Source: Octopus vulgaris (lineage: Eukaryota). From it: a stretch of DNA of 64,000 nucleotides. A program made the translations under genes and the position numbers. Below, piece by piece: positions 50,176 to 64,000 of this stretch. The stretch spans positions 27,962,001-28,026,000 of the forward strand of contig OX597835.1 of assembly GCA_951406725.2 (NCBI GenBank), given 5' to 3'. How positions within the stretch are numbered: position 1 is the stretch's first letter; each line of letters opens with the position of its first letter. The notes beneath the pieces are model-generated. The model was not told where the DNA came from. It saw only the letters and a list, made by a program, of their open reading frames with translations, and did no database searches.

Positions 50176-52076
50176 TAAGATGAGAACAACGGTGAAAATG
50201 AGAGATGAAAGTGATGTTAACTGCCCCATTAATCAACATCACTTACTTGTCTTTTTTCCTATTTTACCGTGAAAACCACAAAGTCCCCAAATTTAACCTC
50301 ATATATCTCTTCTAGTTCATCCCTCTTTTCCGGTGCCAATGTTCCTCTTATCAACCTATATTCATCCTCAAGTTCCTTTTCAAGTTCCTCCACCTGATTT
50401 TTTTGACAATACTACTTCCATTTTCTGATGCCAGCCATCTGGCATTTCTTATATCTTCATAGTGTTGGCCACCTTCCACACCATGCCACCCTTAACAAGA
50501 TCATAAAGCATGGCGAAGATGCTGCAGGCTTCCCTTCCCACCTCATTAGTACACTCGGTAGGGTATTTCAACAAATTTGGTGAGGAAAGTGCTAAGGCTT
50601 ACGAGAGTTAAAACAATTAAGAACAAGAACAAAGAAATAATGGTTTCAAATTTTATCACAAAGCCAGCACGATCATGGGAGGCGGGGAAAGCTGATTGCA
50701 TCAACCACAGTACTCAGCTTGTACTCGTTTTGACCCCGAAAGGAGGAAAGGCAAAGTCAACTTCAGCAGAATTTGAACTCAGAACATAAAGACAGACGAA
50801 ATCCAGCTGAGCAATTTGCCTAGTGGGCTAACGATTCTGCCAGCTTGCTGCCTTAACAAGATATATTATCTTAGACATAAACAGGTGCCAGCATGACTAT
50901 GTGGTAACAAAGTTCACTTCATAATATGTGGTTTCAAGTTCCATCCCACAGCACAGCACCTTAGGCAAATGTCTTCTGTTGTAACCCCAGGGTTGACCAA
51001 GAAGCTGTATGGAAGCCCATCACATGTGTATATAGATATATGTGTGCACACCACTCCCTCATCCTTTCTCAAATACCTATAGGTTATATAGGGGGAGAAT
51101 TCACAAAAAGACTGGTGGTGTAGACAACAAACAGATGTATTAGTTTAACGCTCGGGAAGTAAAAAAAGTCTTTAACGTTTCGAGCCTATGCTCTTCCACA
51201 ATAAGGAACACAGAAAGAAACATCATCATCATCATTTAGTGTCCACTTTCCATGCTGGCATGGGTTGGACGGTGCAACTGGGCTCTGGGAAGCCAGAAGG
51301 CTGCACCAGGCCCAGTCTGATCTGGCAATGTTTCTATGGCTGGATGCCCTTCCTAATGCCAACCACTCGATGAGTGTAGTGGGTGCTTTTTACGTGCCAC
51401 TGGCACGGGTGCCAGACGGGGCTGGCAAACAGCTATGATCAGATGGTGCTTTTTACGTGCCACCGGCACGGAGGCCAGGCGAGGCTGGCAATGACCACGA
51501 TCAAATGGTGCTTTTTACATGCCACCGGCATGGAAGCCAGTCGGGGCGGCGCTGGCAATGGCCACGTTTGGATGATTCTCTTATGTGCCACCGGCACTGG
51601 TATTACAGCTACAATTTCCATTGATGTTGATCGATTTTGATTTAGATTTTTTTGGGGGGATTTTTTTTTAGCGATCTATCATAGGTTATATAGGTTTGGT
51701 GATGCAAACAGGAAAATAGGACTCAAAACATGTAAATGGATGTTTTTTATTAATTAATCAACAGAAGTAACAGAATGACTCAAGGGCTGAGAGTTTGGTG
51801 CATTAGCACTTAGCAAGTGCTAATGCACTTTATATTTATATCCTGAGATGTCTGGCACCTTGTTGTACTCAAGACAACCTGTACTCTGCAGGAGAAGTGT
51901 TAAGAATGACCCTTCGGGTGGTGTAAAGCAGTGCTACTCTACTCGAAGTGGTGGTCCATGAACTGGGGCTGGTCCGTGAGCCATCAGCTGCCAGTATGCG
52001 GAGAGTTTCCAGAAAAGAAAGAAACATTATAAAATGCTTAAGTAATACTGTATTATTTGTTTACAAAATAAAGATG

Positions 52077-52422
52077 TGTGGCATCTTGGGCAAGTGTCTT
52101 CTGCTATAGCCCCGGGCCGACCAATGCCTTGTGAGTAGATTTGGTAGACGGAAACTGAAAGAAGCCTGTCGTATATATATATGTATGTGTGTGTGTATGT
52201 ATATGTTGGTGTGTATGTATATGTTTGTCCTCCTAGCATTGCTTGACAACCGATGCAGGGGTGTTTACGTCCCCGTCACTTAGCGGTTCAGCAAAAGAGA
52301 CCGATAGAATAAGTACTGGGCTTACAAAGAATAAGCCCCGGGGTCGATTTGCTCGACTAAAGGCGGTGCTCCAGCATGGCCGCAGTCAAATGACTGAAAC
52401 AAGTAAAAGAGAGTAAGAGAGT
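52077..52422 (+). mobile_element. SINE family A, 5'-truncated
   Basis: Match to other copies. Confidence 0.85.
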
Positions 52423-52721
52423 AATCATTATATATATTGTTGCTGGTATAAATTAATATTGATAAGAAATATTACCGGTCCCTGGCACATTGGTAAAAAA
52501 CTGCCAGTACGCCACATCAGATAGTTTGAGAAGCACTGGTAGGAAGCACTCATGATGGCTCCATGTGAAAACGCCTGTACGGTGCCACATAAAAGCATCC
52601 ATGAGTTCCACATGAACGTACCCATACAATACTATGTAAAAGCATCTGTGCAGCAACATGTAAAATCATCCATGTAGCAACATGCAAAAGCACTCATGTG
52701 GCAACACATAAAAACACTCAT

Positions 52722-52890
52722 GTTTATTTTTTATTTTATTTCATCTAGTTTCAGCTCGCTGTGGCCATGCTGGGGCACCACCATTTGGTGTTGCTACATG
52801 ATTTTACTTCACAAATGCATTTTAGCAATTGCCATTTGGTGCATGAGAGAGTTCGATGCAGCTGCCCTCATCTGCACCTCCTGCCGAGAT
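52722..52890 (-). mobile_element. Retroelement 3' end sharing the SINE A / tRNA-Glu chimera tail (candidate partner LINE)
   Basis: aaatggtggtgccccagcatggccacagc..gagctgaaactagatg(aaaat)n preceded by non-SINE sequence. Confidence 0.55.
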
Positions 52891-52997
52891 GTTGGTTCAA
52901 GCATCCACCACACTCTGTAAAGTGGTTAGCATTAAGAAGGGCATCCTGCCATAGAAACCAAACCAAAGCGGACTGGAGTCTGGTGCAGCTCCCCAGC

Positions 52998-53200
52998 TTG
53001 CCAGCTCTGGTCACACCATCCAACCCTTGCCAGCTCTGGTCACACCATCCAACCCTTGCCAGCTCTGGTCACACCATCCAACCCTTGCCAGCTCTGGTCA
53101 CACCATCCAACCCTTGCCAGCTCTGGTCACACCATCCAACCCTTGCCAGCTCTGGTCACACCATCCAACCCTTGCCAGCTCTGGTCACACCATCCAACCC
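52998..53200 (+). repeat. Perfect 29-bp x 7 tandem repeat in a family C 3' end
   Basis: Unit ttgccagctctggtcacaccatccaaccc. Confidence 0.97.
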
Positions 53201-53719
53201 ATGCGAGCATGGACAACAGATATCAAATGATGATGATGATGACGATGGGCCTCACAGAGGAAAGGACGAATACCTAGACCTCTGAGATACGCTGTGACTG
53301 TGAAGACCTGACAAATGAAGTGATTTCATGGCTCGCAGGACGGCTTGCTGTGCTAACCTTGGATCGTAGGGTGACCCGCTGTTCTTGAGGAGACCTATTG
53401 AGTCAAGTACGTTAACACCAAAATCAAAATAAAAATCAAATGGAAATTGTAGTTAAGATATCCGTGCAAGTGGCACATAAAAAGCACCATCTGAAAGTGG
53501 CCGTTTGCCAGCCTCATCTGGCCCCTGTGTTGGTGGCACACAAAAAGCACCCACTACAATCATGGAGTGGTTGGCGTTAGGAAGGGCATCCAGCTGTAGA
53601 AACACTGCCAGATCAGACTGGAGCCTAGCGCAGCCTCCTGGCTTCCCAGACCCCAGTCGAACCATCCAACGCATGCTAGCATAGAAAATGGACGTGAAAC
53701 GATGATGATGAAGATGATG

Positions 53720-54477
<758 letters not shown>

Positions 54478-55319
54478 GCAATCCTGGGTAATGAAGATAA
54501 CAATGACAATGAGATGTTGATGATTATGGTTGGAATAAATTTCATGCCATGAGAGGAAGAAGAGAAAGTCCAGCATTGCAAGGGACAGACCCATCCACAA
54601 GAAATAAAGAAGACTTCTAACCACCCAATAGTGCAAGTGAACACCCCCCTATCCCTCTCTCTCTCTCTCTCTCTCTCTGATGAAATATTCTGGACTCCTC
54701 CTCTACTGCCTCCGCCTCCTCCTCCTCTAATTCTTCCTCGCAGCATTAAAAAAATCTGTTCCACTGCCTGAACTTCGTGTTCTGCTGTTCCTTGTCTACA
54801 CAGACCATCACTGGTTTCTTCACATTCTACTTACTCTACTGCTGTATTATATTGAGAACTGGTTCGGAAATGAAACGACTAAGATCAGAGAGAGAGAGAG
54901 AGAGAGAGAAAGAAAGTGAGAAATACAGAGAGAGAGGGGGGAGAGAAAAGAGAAGCTGTCAGAGACCCAATCAGATCTGTTCTTGCAGAAAGAGAAAACG
55001 GATGTGGAAAAACAAAATTAGTAATGCTGATGGATGATTAAGTCTATTCAAATAGAGTTTTTATTAGGAAGAAAGTTTTCCGCAATTTTCAATGTTTAAT
55101 TAGACGTTTTTTTGTTTGTTTGTTTGCTTTTTTTTTTTTGTTTTGTACTTATAAGTGTATGTGTGTATGTCTTTTCCTTGGCCTTACAATTAATTCTGGA
55201 ACAACTTGTATGTATACCCGTTTGGGGTTTTCAGAGAAATATATATTTCTATAAGCATCGGTTAGGCTTACAAAATTGTGTAAGGAAGGAAGGAAGGAAG
55301 GAAATGAAGATAGAGGAAT

Positions 55320-56440
<1,121 letters not shown>

Positions 56441-56765
56441 ATTAATGCTATTCCTTAATAGTGAGACCGTAACAATTCTTATAAAGATCGAATCAAGCTT
56501 TTAACACTTGTATCTAGTCTATTGTGTGTGTGTGTGTATCTGGTCTATCGTGTGTGTGTGTATGAGTACAGAGTCCCCAGAAGATGAGTAAATGTTATAT
56601 CATATTTTGTAGAACTGTGACTTGCAACTACTTCGTTTTAGCACCTAATTTATTTTATGGTACGTTTATGGAATTGTCACCAGTTCACTATATTTCTTCG
56701 GAAAAAAGAGACACAAGAAACCTTGTTCTTTGTTCCATTCAAATCTTATTTGTATCTACGTGAAT

Positions 56766-56799
<34 letters not shown>

Positions 56800-56980
56800 G
56801 AGAGAAAGAGAGGGAGAGGAGAAAGGTGGAGAGAGAGAGAGATTCGTATTTGGAAAATATCTATTGGTTTATATTAGTTATTCTAATAGGTCAGATGCTT
56901 CACTTGTAAACAGAACAATGAAGTTTAAAGAAAGCGACTGGATTTTAAATGTCTGGGTGTGTGTGTGTAGGGGGTTTCTG

Positions 56981-57495
56981 GTGATGATGATGATGATGGC
57001 GACAGCAACGATGAAGATGAGGGCGGTGATGGCGATGATCATGAGCGCGATATAGATGACGAGGGCGACGACGGCGATAGAGATGATGATGACGATGATG
57101 ACGATGATAAAGACGATGATGATGATGACAGTGACGGTGATGACGGCGACGACGACGATGATGATAAACGATGATGATGATAACGTCAATGACGACGACG
57201 ACGATGATGATGATGATGACAGTGACGGTGATGACAGCGACGACGAAGATGATGATGATAACGTCAATGATGACGACGACAACGATGATGATGATGACAG
57301 TGCAGTGACGGTGATGACGGCGACGAAGATGATGATGATGATGAAAACGATGATGATGATAACGTCAATGACGACGACGACGACGATGATGACATTGACG
57401 GTGATGACGGCGACGACGAAGATGATGATGATGGTGAGGGCGATGTCAACGACGACAATGACGTTGACGATGACGACGATGTCAACGGCGATGAA
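56981..57495. repeat. Degenerate (GAT/GAC)n trinucleotide array with higher-order duplications
   Basis: Recurring units gataacgtcaatgacgacg and gacagtgacggtgatgacggcgac. Confidence 0.9.
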
Positions 57496-58289
57496 TGAGA
57501 AAACACGGGATTCGAAACCAGTCCGTAACATAAAACGCAAACACGGCGAAATTATCATTCATCATCGCCTTTTCTTTCCTCTCATCTTTTACGTAAACCC
57601 CCGCACAAACCGTAGAATGTGCTTGTGATGTTATCCCTCATCTATACCCCACTGGCAAATAAAAATCACCATCATTATTATCATCATCATCATCATCATT
57701 ATTATAATCGAAAATAAATCTCAATTATATTTAATAGTAATTATTATTGAGAATATATATTTTTTTCTTTTTAAATTTGCAGAGTGATATTTAATATTGA
57801 ATAAGAAATAAACAGAGAGAGTTTTCCTCTTCAATAATAATTACTTTTATTATTATAATGATAATGATCGGTTTTTCCAAACTAAAAAATTAAAAAAGAG
57901 TGATATCACAATTTGTTTTCGAAATTATTTTACTTCAATAAATTGTAATAATTCATTTAATGGTTCTAAATATGGTTTTATAAATGTATAAATATTATCT
58001 AGAAAATTACTTTCTTCCTTTCTCTGCACATACGTGCACACGCATCCATTCATATACATACACATACGTGCACATACATACACACACGTATGTATGTATG
58101 TATGTATGTATGTATGTATGCACGGGTGTGGTAATGCAATTAGGATAACAGAACTCAAACATAAATGTATGTCTGTGAATATAAGGGGTCATAATCTAAT
58201 GTTTTCGTAAAGCACATCTGCATGTTCACATTAAGCCAATGTATGTATAAGTATTTTAAATGAGATATATATATATATAAGAGAGATAC

Positions 58290-58356
<67 letters not shown>

Positions 58357-58686
58357 AAACGAGAGAGAGAGAAAACGAGGGAGGGAGAGGTCACATGCAT
58401 ATATTCATGTCAAGAGGATCAAAGGTCCATCTCGAGCCATAGGTGTTCATAAAACCGGTTTCCCTGGATTTTGTGGCGCATATATTTCTCCCCACTCCTG
58501 GACCGGACGCCGGTCTGTACCAGGCATACTTATTTTTGCCAGCTGAATGAACTGGAACAATGTGAAATCAAGGGTTTTGCTCAAGAATGCAACGACATCG
58601 TCCGCTTCAGGAATCGAAACCATAATTTTACGAACATGGGAGCAACGCCCTTACCACTAAGCCACGAACTTCCACGCGCGCGCGCA

Positions 58687-58696
58687 TTACATACAC

Positions 58697-58727
<31 letters not shown>

Positions 58728-59095
58728 TACATACACACATACATACACACATACATACACACATACATACACACACACATACATACATACATACATACAT
58801 ACACACATACACGCATACATACATACATACACACATACACGCATACACACATACATACATACATACATACACACATACATACACACACACACACATACAT
58901 ACATACATACATACATACATACATACATACATACACACATACACGCATACATACATACATACATACATACATAATACATACATACATACATACACACATA
59001 CACGCATACATACATACATACATACATACATACATACATACATACATACATACATACATACATACATACATACATACATACATACATACATACAT
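58687..59095. repeat. (ATAC)n/(AC)n microsatellite
   Basis: Direct. Confidence 0.95.
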
Positions 59096-59177
59096 AGACC
59101 ACCTACTCATATCTACACGCATACCGACATACATGTCATACATAGCATACACCGTACACTCACATATCGTATACACA

Positions 59178-59340
59178 GGCGCAGGAGTGGCTGTGTGGTA
59201 AAGTAGCTTGCTTACGAACCACATGGTTCTGGGTTCAGTCCCACTGCGTGGCACCTTGGGCAAGTGTTTTCTACTATAGCCTCGGGCCGACCAAAGCCTT
59301 GTCAGTGGATTTGGTAGACGGAAACTGAAAGAAGCCCGTC

Positions 59341-59392
<52 letters not shown>

Positions 59393-59415
59393 GTATATAT
59401 ATATGTATATATATA

Positions 59416-59450
<35 letters not shown>

Positions 59451-59672
59451 ATGTTTGTATGTGTTTGTGTGTCTCTATTTGTTCCCCTCACCATCGCTTG
59501 ACAACCGATGCTGGTGTGTTTACGTCCCCGTAACTTAACGGTTCGGCAAAAGAGAGACCGATAGAATAAGTAATAGGCTTACAAAGAATAAGTCCTGGGG
59601 TCGATTTGCTCGACTAAAGGCGGTGCTCCAGCATGGCCGCAGTCAAATTACTGAAACAAGTAAAAGAGTAAA
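59178..59672 (+). mobile_element. SINE family A, near-consensus
   Basis: Full-length copy with expanded internal (AT)/(GT) tract. Confidence 0.9.
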
Positions 59673-59964
59673 AGAGAGAGAGAGAGAGAGAGAGTGCACC
59701 TCCTGCATATACACACATATATATATCATGTATAGAGCTACAACACACACACACGTTTTTGTGGTTTTGTTTTAAACAAGCAACTCAAGCAGGTTATATA
59801 GTATTTCTGTCTAAACCGCGGATGTTATTCATCCGAGTGGGAATCCCGATTAAATTGATGTGAAGAAGACGACGACTTCAGAATCGGGAAAGGAGAAGAT
59901 AAGAGAAAAATAGGAAAAACAAACAACGTGGGAGAGATTAAAGAATAGGAAGCGAGATGGAGAA

Positions 59965-60020
59965 AATATATATATATATATACACATTCATATGTATTCA
60001 TCTGTTATACATACATATAC

Positions 60021-60060
<40 letters not shown>

Positions 60061-60226
60061 TCATATGTATTCATCTGTTATACATACATACATACATACA
60101 TATACATACATACATATATATATATATACACATTCATATGTATTCATCTGTTATACATACATACATACATACATATACATACATATATATATATATATAT
60201 ACACATTCATATGCATTCATCTGTTA

Positions 60227-60262
<36 letters not shown>

Positions 60263-60406
60263 CACATTCATATGTATATATACATATATACGCACACACT
60301 CATATGTATATGTATATAAACACACACATACATTCATATGTATATACATATATACACACACACTCATATGTATATATATATAAACACACACATACATTCA
60401 TATGTA

Positions 60407-60468
<62 letters not shown>

Positions 60469-60550
60469 TTCATTTGTATTTGTTATACAGATATATTAAC
60501 ATTCGTTCATGAGCGTATCTGTTACACATATATATATATTTACATTTATG

Positions 60551-60586
<36 letters not shown>

Positions 60587-60655
60587 CATTCATGTATGTA
60601 TGTGTTATATACACACGCGCGCCTACACACACACGCGCGCTTACACACGCACGCG
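59965..60655. repeat. Compound minisatellite: unit cacattcatatgtattcatctgttatacatac separated by variable (AT)n
   Basis: Four clear units at about 59982, 60056, 60130 and 60202, then decayed units. Confidence 0.85.
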
Positions 60656-61546
60656 CAAATACAAACAGCGCAAAGTGAAACAGAGAAATACGGCCATCTG
60701 AACGATGGTTAAGTTTGAGTGAGAGAGCAAAGGCAGAGAGAGAGAGAGCTGGAGGTGATGCTTGTTCGAGTTGGAGTAGGATGCCAGCTGAGTGAAGGAA
60801 TCAGGTGGTTGGCTAGAAATATTAATTAGATACAAACGGATACGGCAACTATCAAAATATTAATCCTAGAAAACCGCTTTTTTTGACGGTGAATATATAA
60901 TTTTGTAATTTCTTGACGTTGAAGCATTCAGATTTGTTCTTAAAAAATTGAAAAATAAATTGAGAAATAAATAAAGATGGGAAATAAGACGGAAGAACTG
61001 TTTTTCTTTTCCTTTTTGTAACGTTTATGTCGTTTGGAAGGACGTTAATTTGATAGAAAGCAAGATTTGTTTCTTCTCAATGAAAAGAATGAAAACGGGT
61101 CATGGATTTTGTTTGCTCGAAGATTCTTTACCAGCCACCGCACCACGGCACCCATCTCTTAAAACACTCTCACACACACACACATGCACATGTATATATA
61201 TATACACCCACACATAACCTCACTCCAATACATTCAGACGTACAAAGACACACACACTATCTCTCTCTCATGCATACACACACGCACAAACACGGAGAGA
61301 GCAGAGATATCCATTCATTCGATCACTCGTTCATTCATTATGTGTGAGTGACACACTATTTCGTTTGTTAAGCATATAAAAGGAGTGATTGTATAACCAC
61401 GGTTCAATTCCCATCGGGAGCAGAGGGTCGATTAATTAATTGATTGACTGAGTGATTGATTTATATACTTATATATAGGCATTCTTTCATTACTGTTAGC
61501 AAGTGTCATATATTATATATACATATATATATATACACACACACAC

Positions 61547-61581
<35 letters not shown>

Positions 61582-61852
61582 GTTTGTATGATTGTGTATA
61601 GAGGGATATATATTATTCTAAGGAATTCCAACTCTGTCTGTTTTTTATGTTATATTTATATTCTTTATAATATTAATGTAGAATATAGAATACAGAGTAT
61701 AAATAATATATATATAGTAAAATGAAATGAAGTATTGATTGTCTTATTGAATAGATGAAATGTTGAATATAAAATATCAAGGGACTAGTATACTTTCTTG
61801 CATTAAAGCAGTCTTCAAGGTCCCAGGTTGTGACAGGGGTCACACTTTGCGC

Positions 61853-61931
61853 TGTGTGTGTGTGTGTGTGTGTGTATGTGTGTGTGTGTGAGTACGCGCA
61901 CCTGTGTATTTAACACATACATACATGAATG

Positions 61932-61980
<49 letters not shown>

Positions 61981-62007
61981 ACATATATATATATATGTGT
62001 GTGTATG

Positions 62008-62038
<31 letters not shown>

Positions 62039-62131
62039 GTGTACATATATATATATGTGTGTGTATGTATGTGTATATATATATATATGTGTGTGTCATA
62101 TATATATATATGTGTGTGTGTGTGTGTATGT

Positions 62132-62175
<44 letters not shown>

Positions 62176-62300
62176 GTATATATATATATATATATATAAT
62201 GTATATATGTATGTATCTTTGTATGTATGTATGTATGTATAACACACACACACACACATGTAAATATACAGATACACATTTATACTAACATACATACACA
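61853..62300. repeat. (GT)n/(AT)n compound microsatellite
   Basis: Direct. Confidence 0.95.
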
Positions 62301-62387
62301 CGCGCGCGAATCTCTAAGTAGCTCTGTAATAGATATTTACCCTATTTCAGTATTGAACACACATATTTATGTGTGTATATGTGTGTA

Positions 62388-63010
62388 CGACATGCGTTCA
62401 AAAAGTATGCGACTTTATTTTTTACCGCCAAAACTAATGCCGCGTGAGCAAAAAGCCTTTGGATGGGAGGTAACGCCTTCCTTTCTGCTCACAGGTGAAA
62501 ATTTTCGCGCGCTTGGCCACGTCAGTTCCCGGCTGTTAGCCCAGAGTACAGACGTGTAGTGGGTGCTCCTGAGGTTTTCGTTTTCACCACTGAGATATTA
62601 TTGCTATTCTAGATGAGATATTGCAACAAGTTTTGACAAGAGCTTGGTGATACTCAAGCTGAAACCATCCAGAAGATTTAGCAGGTCTTTGGCGATGATA
62701 CCTGGGGCAAAACTCAGATCAAGGAGTGGTACAACCGCTTCAAACAAGGCCACACCATAGTGGAGAGCGAGGCATGCTCAAGCAGGCCAAACTCAGATCA
62801 AGGAGTGGTACAACCGCTTCAAACAAGGTCGCACCATAGTGGAGAGCGAGGCACGCTCAAGCAGGCCCTCCACGAGCCGACTGAGAAGGTTCAGCGAATA
62901 GTCATGGAGAACCATCGTGTAACAATCTTAGGAAATTGCTCACAAAGTGGGAATAAGAACAGGATCGGCGCATTCGATTTCAACAGAAGATTTGTGCATG
63001 CAGGGGGTGC
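62388..63010 (+). mobile_element. mariner (Mos1/DD34D-type) 5' fragment
   Basis: ta-cgacatgcgttcaaaaagt TIR-like start; LGDTQAETIQKI*QVFGDDTWGKTQIKEWYNRFKQG...SRP...KVQRIVMENHRVTI (HTH); 79-bp internal tandem duplication. Confidence 0.85.
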
Positions 63011-63143
63011 CGGATTGTGCAAGCCACGACCCAGGCTGGTGGTGAAACATTGGTTTATGGTTTCTGCTTGCTGCATTCGGTCATTTTGCGTGGAATCGAA
63101 AATCCGACAAGCGTGCTCTACACGTCCGCACTCCAGAGAGGTG

Positions 63144-63502
63144 TAGGTGTGGCTGTGAGGTAATAAGTTTGCTTCCCAACTGCAAGGTACCGGGTTCAGT
63201 TCCCCTGCGTACCACCTTGAGCAAGTGTCTTCTACTATAAGCCTCAGGCCGACCAAAGCCTTGTGAGTGAACTTGGAAGACGGAAATTGAAAGAAGCCCG
63301 TCGTGTGTGTGTCTTTCTACCTGTGTTTGTCCCCCACCACCGCTAGACAACCGGTGTTGGTGTGTTTACGTCCTCGTAACTTATCTGTTCGATAGAATAA
63401 GTAACAGGCTTTTAAAACATCAAGTACTGGGGTCGAGACGCTCGATTGAAATGCTTCAAGGCGGTGCCCCAGCAAGGCCGCAGTCTAATGATTGGAACAA
63501 GT

Positions 63503-63546
<44 letters not shown>

Positions 63547-63842
63547 CGCAGGCGTGGCTGTGTGGTAAGAAGCTTGCTTCCCAACCACATGGTTCCAGGT
63601 TCAGTCCCACTGCGTGGTACTTTGGCCAAGCGTCTTCTAACTCTAACCTGTTGTGTGTAAGTATATATATCTGTGTGTGTGTGTTTGTCTCTCCCGCCAT
63701 CGCTTGAAAATTGATGCTGGTGTTTTATGTCCCCGTAACCTAGCAGTTCGGTAAAGGATACCGACAGAATAAGTCTTGAGGTCGATTTCTTCGACTAACA
63801 CCCTTTAAGGTGTGCTCCAGCATGGCCGCAGTCAAATGACAG
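63144..63842 (+). mobile_element. Two tandem SINE A-related copies
   Basis: 63144-63505 and 63545-63842. Confidence 0.8.
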
Positions 63843-64000
63843 AGATTAAAATAAATATATATATATATTGAGAGCTGTCAACGATTTTGGAGGGAGGGAG
63901 TCAGTCGTTTACATCGACCCCTGTACTTGATTGGTACCAATTTTTTTTATATTTTACCGACCCACGAGCGAATGAGAGACAAAGATGACTGTGGCGGGAT

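Noticed and set aside
52998-53200. 29-bp repeat of CRISPR-like length
   Set aside because: Directly tandem, without spacers
54990-55040. ENGCGKT P-loop-like peptide
   Set aside because: Lacks the first Gly of GxxxxGKT and hits a stop within a few codons

Overview
AT-rich, repeat-saturated eukaryotic (animal) DNA. The SINE families and microsatellite load strongly resemble an Octopus (cephalopod) genome; this is an inference from pattern recognition. No intact protein-coding gene is recognisable, and nearly all track ORFs are translations of microsatellites or SINEs. The window contains dozens of copies of 4-5 SINE-like families, five decayed Tc1/mariner transposase relics, piggyBac-, pogo- and hAT-type MITEs, Helitron relics (one with a PIF1-helicase fragment), fragments of CR1, RTE, Jockey-like and RLE LINEs, a 5'-truncated 5S rRNA copy and a tRNA-Glu fragment fused to a LINE-type tail. 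The most interesting signal is a set of unrelated short relics, several with inverted-repeat or palindromic layout, that carry minimal hammerhead-ribozyme-like motifs of the kind known from Penelope-like elements. These include apparent compensatory variants of the core C3-G8 pair (G3-C8 and U3-A8). Other leads are minus-strand microexon candidates with UGC-containing acceptors, a SINE family that recurs as concatemers joined at one fixed junction, and an inverted duplication inside a mariner relic.
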